A DNA stretch of 60,649 nt, counting the filler. It is 7 parts of 7 records of this genome, joined end to end, with 100 filler letters (N's around TTAATTAATTAA, not from the genome) between each part and the next. Parts side by side here need not be neighbours in the genome. Positions count along the whole stretch, not along the records: positions 51,630 to 60,649 come from DRR723986_17137; 6 more parts are not named here. One strand, given 5' to 3'. Positions 59,875 through 60,649 of this stretch are shown one piece after another (positions within the stretch are counted from its first letter, which is position 1; every line of letters starts with the position of its first letter). The notes beneath the pieces were generated by a model. That model was not told where the DNA came from and searched no databases. It worked only from the letters and a program-made list of their open reading frames with translations. The translations under genes were made by a program, and so were the position numbers.

Positions 59875-60649
59875 TCAGTGCTCGCCGGCAGGACGCCCTA
59901 CGCCGGGCTGCCGGCCATCGTCGGAGCTTCTGGGCTCCGGCGCCTGCTCAGGCTCTTCAGCCTTCACGCCTCCGGCGGGACCACTGTCACCCCAGTTTTT
60001 GGGCGGACGAGGCTCCTTGCCAGCCATGATGTCATCAATCTGGTAACGATCGATGGTTTCGTACTTCATCAGCGCTTCGGCCATCATGTCCAGCTTGTCC
60101 CGGTTATCAATCAGGATCTGCTTGGCCTTCTCGTAGCACTCATCAATGATATTGCGAACTTCCTCATCAATCCGCTGGGCAGTCTCTGGCGAGTACACCG
60201 TGTGCGCCTGCCCCGCAGAACGACCAAGGAAGGGTTCCTCACTGTCTGTGTCATACTGGAGAGGACCAAGTTTCTCGGACAACCCCCAGCGAGTCACCAT
60301 ATTCCGAGCCAGGCTTGTCGCCCGCTCGATGTCGTTGGACGCACCAGTGGTGACACCATCAAAACCCAGGGTCAGCTCTTCGGCGATACGGCCACCAAAC
60401 AGACTACAGATCGAGCTGGTCAGATAGCGCTTGGAGTGGCTGTACTTGTCCTCTTCCGGGAGGAACATGGTCACGCCCAAGGCGCGGCCACGAGGAATAA
60501 TACTCACTTTATAGACCGGGTCATGCTCAGGCATCAGACGGCCCACAATCGCGTGCCCCGACTCGTGGTAAGCCGTATTCCGCTTTTCCTTTTCGCTCAT
60601 CACCATGGACTTGCGCTCGGCGCCCATCATGATCTTGTCCTTGGCCAGC
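59875..60649 (-). CDS. ftsH: ATP-dependent zinc metalloprotease FtsH, C-terminal part (5' truncated)
   Basis: TAYHESGH (HExxH), KVSIIPRGRALG, GGRIAEE, TTGASND. Upstream of folP. Confidence 0.97.
   Translation of the reverse strand, partial: LAKDKIMMGAERKSMVMSEKEKRNTAYHESGHAIVGRLMPEHDPVYKVSIIPRGRALGVTMFLPEEDKYSHSKRYLTSSICSLFGGRIAEELTLGFDGVTTGASNDIERATSLARNMVTRWGLSEKLGPLQYDTDSEEPFLGRSAGQAHTVYSPETAQRIDEEVRNIIDECYEKAKQILIDNRDKLDMMAEALMKYETIDRYQIDDIMAGKEPRPPKNWGDSGPAGGVKAEEPEQAPEPRSSDDGRQPGVGRPAGEH

Overview
This window is not one locus. It is seven contigs joined by six artificial 100-nt spacers (N44-TTAATTAATTAA-N44, stops in all six frames), and the contigs come from several organisms. (1) 1-5145, Rhodobacteraceae-like: ppk2 (partial), divergent MarR and cytochrome P450 with twin operators, divergent TetR and amidohydrolase, a CAP-domain protein, and the 3' end of rpsU, which the ORF track missed. 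(2) 5246-16185, very high-GC and probably eukaryotic: one uninterrupted ORF of more than 3,600 codons for a giant single-pass surface protein (about 17 filamin-type Ig repeats, a long Cys-rich repeat array, a GPS-like juxtamembrane domain, a TM helix and an NPMF tail). This is the most unusual element here. (3) 16286-26051, Rhodobacteraceae ntrC-ntrY-ntrX-[lipoprotein]-trkA-trkH-hfq-hflX. (4) 26152-32170, unassigned bacterium: frameshifted and truncated CHASE-like/PAS histidine kinase, DEAD-box helicase, TetR and SDR. (5) 32271-37624, Marinobacter-like: class II glutamine amidotransferase end, stand-alone DUF2156 protein, MalT-like regulator, metal-dependent hydrolase. (6) 37725-51529, Planctomycete-like: kinase, rpsA, thioredoxin, DUF268, Zn-ribbon hydrolase, DinB fusion, hemH, TIM-barrel protein, large secreted protein. 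(7) 51630-60649, Marinobacter-like ftsH-folP-glmM-tpiA-secG-tRNA-Leu-rimP-nusA-infB. No CRISPR array, rRNA or transposase was seen. All family and taxon calls come from motif recognition by eye, not from database searches.
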